NCBI GenBank assembly: GCA_965644295.1
Contig: CBFFRP010000002.1
Coordinates: 1 to 64,000 of the forward strand
Length of the DNA: 64,000 nucleotides
DNA from: Paraphysomonas bandaiensis
Lineage: Eukaryota > Protista > Chrysophyceae
Direction: 5' to 3'
Below the pieces are notes generated by a model, which ran no database searches, was not told the origin of the DNA, and saw nothing but the letters and a program-made list of their open reading frames with translations. Position numbers and translations under genes: made by a program. This document shows positions 58,746 to 64,000 of the stretch, one piece after another. The stretch's first letter is position 1; each line of letters opens with the position of its first letter.

Positions 58746-60992
58746 TCATTCCATTGGAGACATCCAACCTCGATATGTACGTGTAGGCATTCGTCGAACT
58801 ATCATGCATGCATATACATAAGCATCCCACCAAAAAATTACGGGTAATCCTGAGTCCATTAACAGAGCCAGAGTCATTTCTCCCAATGTTCGATTCCTAC
58901 GCTCAGATACACCATTCATCTCAGGGCTGTCTGTGGAGCTCCAAGTGATGCTAGTTCCAAACTTGCTCATTAAGTATTGCTGAATGGACTTGTCGATCAA
59001 CTCAGCCCCCCCATCCGAATGGTACTGTATCAACCGGTGTGAACCGGGATATGTAGGGAGTTTACGCTCAACCCAGTCCTTCACGCAACTCAACACCTCA
59101 TTCGCAGACCGTGTCTCCAACGGATATTCCCAAAACTCCTTGGTGGCTATATCTGATAATGTCAGAACATATTTGTATCCTTGTCTGGATGGGCAATTGA
59201 AATATACAGCAATGTCCACAGAAACCTTCTCAAGGAACTCTGTAGCTTGCAGTTCGTCATCTCTCTTTGCGGTGAATGATTTCCTTGTCATCTTTGATTT
59301 TGCGCAAGCTTTACAAATACCTTTCATTTTTCGTAAACTCTTCTTGCTGAGATGTCGTCGGGTTAATCCGCTCCCGGTAAAAAGTCTGTGTTTAAACGCT
59401 TCAATCAGCTTATGTTTGCTGACGTGTCCACAGCGCTTGTGTAACATCTCTAACGGATCTTCATGCACCTTGTCGGACAAATATACTTCCTCCAGCATTG
59501 TCAAATTTGGAAGATCAAGTATTTCCTGTAAATTTACATAAGGCATTCCGTTGCTTGAGTAGGTTGCCTCCAATACAGTCTCCCCAGTATCAAGTCGCAC
59601 AACAGTGGGCTTGTTCAACAACTGCAATCCATACCCGTGAGAACGGAGTATTCCTCCAGAGCAGATATTCTTGACTGATCCAGGGCAGATCTTGATGTCA
59701 GTCCAATCGCCAAAGCCTCCAGTTTCCTCATAGTGTAAACTGGATCCAGCTCTGGTTGTCTGTATATTTCCATCCTCCTTCTTGACCGTATGAAGGAAAT
59801 TTCTGTCCTTAACAATGAACAGTTTATTAGAGGCACAGCTGTCTAAATACACGGGTTCATCGGAAGTGTGTAGCACCTCTTCAGAGACACATGAATCATC
59901 ATGCGGTTCCTCATACATAATCATGTTCACAGAGTCCGAATCTTCCTCTTGCTCCTCTCTCCGCAAAAAACGATTCCAATCTGTGCGTTTTGCAGGCTTT
60001 TCGTCCAAAAATGGCCGGTTTTTGTCTCCTTGGGCAGAGTCACTACGTACTTGAGCACGAAATTTGCACTTATACGCACGATGTCTGGTGTCTCCACATA
60101 CATAGCAGCCATCTGATTTTTTCTTCTCGTTGTTGTCTCTGCGACTCTCAGATCGATTCCTAGCGCCACGACTCTTTCCCTGCCTTCTTAATTTCGCGAT
60201 CTTAAGGTCTCTCTTCTTCTTCCAGCACGATTTCTGTGAGTGACCCCGTTTGCCACATTTGGGATAGCTGCACACCTCATTTTCATCAGCAGTGGAATTC
60301 ATGTTTACTTCGTCGGTGCCTTCTTTCGGGACACCTTTTGCCTGATCGTATCTCCTGCATATGGTGATCATATCAATAAAGGTTATGTCACCTTGTAGGT
60401 AGAGATTGGTGTACAATTGCTCCAAATCGCTTCGTGTTTCGAGGGCAGTCTGTAACTTCGTTTTTTTAGCGATGTCAGTGGGTGGTTCCCCCAACTCGGA
60501 CATTTTTTGACAGATGCCGTTTAGTCGATCGATTGCTGCGCACACGAGTTCCCCCGGTAGAATTTTGAATCCTGCAAACTTCTTATTCAATTCAACTAAT
60601 TCATATTGGATTTCCCCTCGAAACCGAACAATTAACCTAGAGATGAGTTCACTCGCTAACTGCTCTTTATCAGGATGGTCCTGCGGGAGCATATCCTTTT
60701 CCCGGAAGTACTGATCCACGATCTCAAGGGCTTCAGCGACTGGTTGAACAGCTTCAAATATCGAACTGATGCACGTGTCTTTCCTCTCCAGCCACTTGTC
60801 CAGATCCTCCTTGTACTTATTTCGGACTGTCACTGGCGCATTATTTGCTGGTCTTACTGGACGGTCCTCTAGACCCAGATGGTTCCTGTTCTTCCTCATC
60901 AACCACACTTTCAGATTCTTTGACCAATTCACTACACCGAACTGATCAAATTTAGGAAGAAGTTTCCACTCCGAACTACTGTCTGCTACCAT
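58746..60992 (-). CDS. Copia gag-protease-integrase ORF (truncated)
   Basis: Two zinc knuckles, protease LDSCAS, HHCC (HKRCGH..CKAC) and DDE (VSVDIA, HSDGGAE, NGVSERRNRT). Confidence 0.92.
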   Translation of the reverse strand: MVADSSSEWKLLPKFDQFGVVNWSKNLKVWLMRKNRNHLGLEDRPVRPANNAPVTVRNKYKEDLDKWLERKDTCISSIFEAVQPVAEALEIVDQYFREKDMLPQDHPDKEQLASELISRLIVRFRGEIQYELVELNKKFAGFKILPGELVCAAIDRLNGICQKMSELGEPPTDIAKKTKLQTALETRSDLEQLYTNLYLQGDITFIDMITICRRYDQAKGVPKEGTDEVNMNSTADENEVCSYPKCGKRGHSQKSCWKKKRDLKIAKLRRQGKSRGARNRSESRRDNNEKKKSDGCYVCGDTRHRAYKCKFRAQVRSDSAQGDKNRPFLDEKPAKRTDWNRFLRREEQEEDSDSVNMIMYEEPHDDSCVSEEVLHTSDEPVYLDSCASNKLFIVKDRNFLHTVKKEDGNIQTTRAGSSLHYEETGGFGDWTDIKICPGSVKNICSGGILRSHGYGLQLLNKPTVVRLDTGETVLEATYSSNGMPYVNLQEILDLPNLTMLEEVYLSDKVHEDPLEMLHKRCGHVSKHKLIEAFKHRLFTGSGLTRRHLSKKSLRKMKGICKACAKSKMTRKSFTAKRDDELQATEFLEKVSVDIAVYFNCPSRQGYKYVLTLSDIATKEFWEYPLETRSANEVLSCVKDWVERKLPTYPGSHRLIQYHSDGGAELIDKSIQQYLMSKFGTSITWSSTDSPEMNGVSERRNRTLGEMTLALLMDSGLPVIFWWDAYVYACMIVRRMPTRTYRGWMSPME

Positions 60993-61561
60993 GTTAGAAA
61001 TAGACATTTTTAGTAATAAGACCTTTGTTAACACTTATATGGAATATTATATAATTATAAGAGATACCATACTTCATTCATTGACGTTCACCAACTCTTT
61101 CTATCTCTACTACACCAACCATTTCTAGTACGATCTTACATCGTCACTATCTTGTACAGTCAGTATATTTCAGTTTTATCACTACAATGGCTATCATATT
61201 ATTGGTTCTCATACTACAGCTAGCTACTACTGTATTCTTTGAGTAACGGATATAATTCTAATATCTTGGAAACTACAGCTTTTAATTGCTCACAAACAGC
61301 AAAACTCAACATGTAGATAGCATTGTAGTTGTAGACATACATATTTATATTCATTGTTGTTCATTTATATTGTTATCATTATGGAAGAGGAGACTCTTGA
61401 TAGCGGACAAGAGTCTACTATATTCGAGTCAGTGAGAACGACCCTCAGGCTTATGCTTGGAGGGTTGGACCCTTCCATCGCTAATGCCAGTGAAGAACAA
61501 ATCCGGAACATAGGCATTGCATTTGGATTGAAAGATACTGAAGCAGAGACGTTGGTGTCTC

Positions 61562-61808
61562 ACGCCAATGAGTCCTCAGACACACGAGCAGGGCGAACTC
61601 ACACACAACATCAAGAACGGAAGTGGTTGCACCTTGGTGCCTGCGGCGACGCACAAGTAGCTTCTGTAGCGCTAAATAGTAGGATAATAGAATTTGTGCT
61701 GATTAGTTATGGGTAGAGGTCTAACTAGTAGATCTAGCATTCAACTAGCCACTGTATCGGAACGAGTTTTTAACGCCTATTGCTAAATAAAAAGACCTTC
61801 AATATATA
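61562..61808 (+). mobile_element. 5'-truncated LINE 3' end
   Basis: Near-identical to the reverse complement of 21475-21718. 3' motif at 61617-61667. No TSD found. Confidence 0.85.
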
Positions 61809-61973
61809 CCACCTATAACACCGAAGTATAACACGGCTTCTACCACCCGCCTACCCGTGTACCAAAACTCATCTATTATTATAATATTGAACAATTCTGA
61901 TAATTACCTACAACGAAGAGCTCTATTCATATTCGATACTGTTTCAAGTGCCGGCTCAAAGCGAGTATGTTTA

Positions 61974-63058
61974 TTAGTGAGGTCTATAAACTCCTAACAC
62001 CTCAGCGGAGTCGGCTGAATAGTCACTGATTTTATCGTACTCGGTATGGTTTGAGTAACGACCTTTCTTGACTTTTCCATTTCTTTCAGTGGTTCTTGAG
62101 TGGTCCATAACAATATAAAACTTCCGGTGCCTTCGACAAATTATCTCACTCTCCAAAATATCATCATAATAAGCAATCATTTGTTGTTCACTACATGTCT
62201 GAAAAAAATCGTAAAAGTTAACGATCTGTTTGAAATTCCCTTCAAAATTAATCTTGATGTCATAATGATGATACCGCTGGATGGTCCCAGTTACTTTTAA
62301 TTTCGTCGCTTTGTCAACAACATAGTTCCGAAATCCATTGTAGCCTGCCAGTGAAGCCAGTTGACCATTCGCATTTCTCAACATCATTTCAACAGAATAC
62401 AATTTCTGTGGAGGCTCAGGCTGCTGCACACTCTGAAAGACTGAGGCTACAGGAGCAGCTGTGAACAGGATATATAGTGTAGATAGATTATATATTACTG
62501 TACTGGAGGGTTGGATTATCATGTAGCAATAATATATAAACCATATACAAGCAATCGTCGTGTGATATGATCAGTTACTATATATAGCACATCACAATGT
62601 CGTTTACCTTCTGAAGGAGCAGTTCCTGTGGCTGGAGATGTCAGAATATACATATCAAATCAAATATAAGAGATATGAATAATTAAATATACATGAGCAG
62701 ATACATGTACCTCTACATGTACCTCACCCTAATCTACACATGCATATATCCATATAGCGAACGACTCGGTTAGATATGCAGCAATACACACAAACTGAAA
62801 AAGTTCACCTCTCAACTTCTTCTCTTCACGTAACTCTTCCATTCGGTACTTATGCTCCTCCTTTCGGCGTAAACTTTCGTGTAATAACTCCTCCTTTCGG
62901 TACAATCGTTTAAGTTTACCCCTCAAAATTTCGTTGTCATCGTCGGCTAATGCTTTGGCTTCCGCATCTTCAATAGAAGATTCCACGCTTCGAATCTGTT
63001 CATTAATTTGGCTTATTTCAGTCTCAATATGGTCTATTTCTGCACTGATATCACTCAT
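61974..63058 (-). CDS. Coiled-coil N-terminus fused to a divergent acylphosphatase-like domain
   Basis: Exon 1 is a coiled coil (donor at 62808), followed by a micro-exon at ~62608-62631. The last exon contains GYNGFRNYVVDKATKLKVTGTIQRYHHYDIKINFEG, resembling acylphosphatase GVGFR..A..L.LTGWVRN....VE...EG. Confidence 0.55.
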
Positions 63059-63679
63059 CTTAAATACAGTGATATCAACTATGATGATATGATGTATGTA
63101 TGTATGTATAGTCTGCAGAGCTCTTTGGTTTTGTAAGTAGAGTGCTTGATAATTTTATATGGAGACGTACGAAGTCGTGCTTGTTTGACCGTATTGATAC
63201 CCTACACTTCGAACTTCCCAAAGCAGTTGATAGAGGATGTTCTTTTCAGTTTAGTACTTGAAGTGACTGTATGAGATATGCATAGGGCACATAGAGTGAT
63301 ATATTACTGTACGTTTCTGTCAACTTTTATCCACGCACTCGTTTTTCCACAAAAACACTGGGTGACTACCTAAATTGCATAAATACATACAGTAAATGCA
63401 TAAAAAATCTGGGATTCAGACCCAGTTTATGCATATAGGATAGTTTGTACGAGGGGTCCGGAGGGGTCTCCTAAAAAACCATAAATCTGCATAAATTCAG
63501 TTTATGCAGCCTGTTTTTGTGCAATTTCTTGGTCCAGAAGTGAGATCGCGATATATCGCGAGTGCGTTGATTTTCATAGCATTTAAATGTTTTTTTCTCT
63601 CTCGGAAGTTGTCCGAAAAGGGGTTCAAAAAGGTCTATTTGTCACATCTTTCCATTTGGTCATTCATGACTCTACTTTA

Positions 63680-64000
63680 TAATATACATCACCACATCTT
63701 TTGAGATCATCTTCCTGAATCATTCATCTTGCACTGTGTCAAAGGATTATCACCAATGAGCGTGGTGAACTTCGAAGGCCATATAAAGAGCGATAAAGTT
63801 TCAAGCAATGTCCTGGTGGCAACTAAAAATCTGAAGGAGGGTCCATGTACACGCCTCCTTCGATTTTAGCGTAGCATAATGCATTAGACACGTCAAGTTT
63901 ATGGATATGCATATCAATAATAAACGCCAGTGCAATGATTAGCCGAACGGTAATCGATTCCACCAAAGAAGCAAATGTATTTGCAAGATCTATACCTGAT
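63680..64000 (-). mobile_element. Second, divergent copia RT fragment running off the window
   Basis: Clearly homologous to 57360-57640 (KLDVSNA-type motif). Confidence 0.85.

Larger units (their letters stand above)
55780..61311 (-). mobile_element. Ty1/copia LTR retrotransposon, disrupted
   Basis: 320-bp TG...CA LTRs at 55780-56099 and 60992-61311 (about 12 differences). PBS TGGTAGCAGA at 60982-60991 and PPT GAGAGGGAG at 56100-56108. Domain order gag-PR-IN-RT-RH. Confidence 0.95.

Noticed and set aside
61630-61667. 3' motif as group II intron domain V, twister or pistol ribozyme
   Set aside because: The GNRA hairpin followed by AC lacks an AGC triad and its lower stem is not conserved. 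GGUY..ACAAGC resembles the twister loop but is split by two hairpins. The GUUAAAUAG match to pistol lacks the pseudoknot. Sequence downstream of the motif is retained in insertions, which argues against cleavage there.
61354-61716. 120-aa ORF as an intact gene
   Set aside because: Its C-terminal half is read-through into a LINE 3' UTR insertion.
63340-63530. TGCATAAA/TTTATGCA-rich inverted repeats as a defined MITE
   Set aside because: Probably transposon subterminal sequence, but paired termini and a TSD could not be found.

Overview
Eukaryotic nuclear DNA, probably a stramenopile/ochrophyte-like protist (inferred from gene content, 44-100 nt GT-AG introns and the TE repertoire). About 16 protein-coding genes are supported: a CXC/tesmin protein, a BBE-like FAD oxidase, an HSL-family esterase, a GBP/atlastin-like GTPase, a degenerate kinesin, an annexin-EF-hand-WW fusion, a large PDZ/IQ/C2/PH protein, a zinc-ribbon/CCCH/RGG protein, CLPTM1, a DUF1295-like reductase, PWP2, RAD6/UBC2, an LRR protein, an acylphosphatase-like coiled-coil protein and two unknowns. 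Twelve of these form six head-to-head pairs separated by TE-rich tail-to-tail islands. The islands hold a disrupted Ty1/copia element with 320-bp LTRs, hAT MITEs and a transposase remnant, a 2.2-kb TIR element carrying cargo, and many 5'-truncated non-LTR retrotransposon (LINE) ends. The most interesting signal is a retroelement RNA system. First, a covarying three-way-junction RNA motif lies in the 3' UTR of divergent LINE subfamilies (9 copies). Second, a roughly 0.5-kb non-coding element carries this same 3' motif and starts with a sequence that folds by eye into an HDV-like double pseudoknot resembling the trypanosome L1Tc/ingi Pr77 ribozyme. All RNA folds and domain calls were made by eye and need computational and experimental confirmation.
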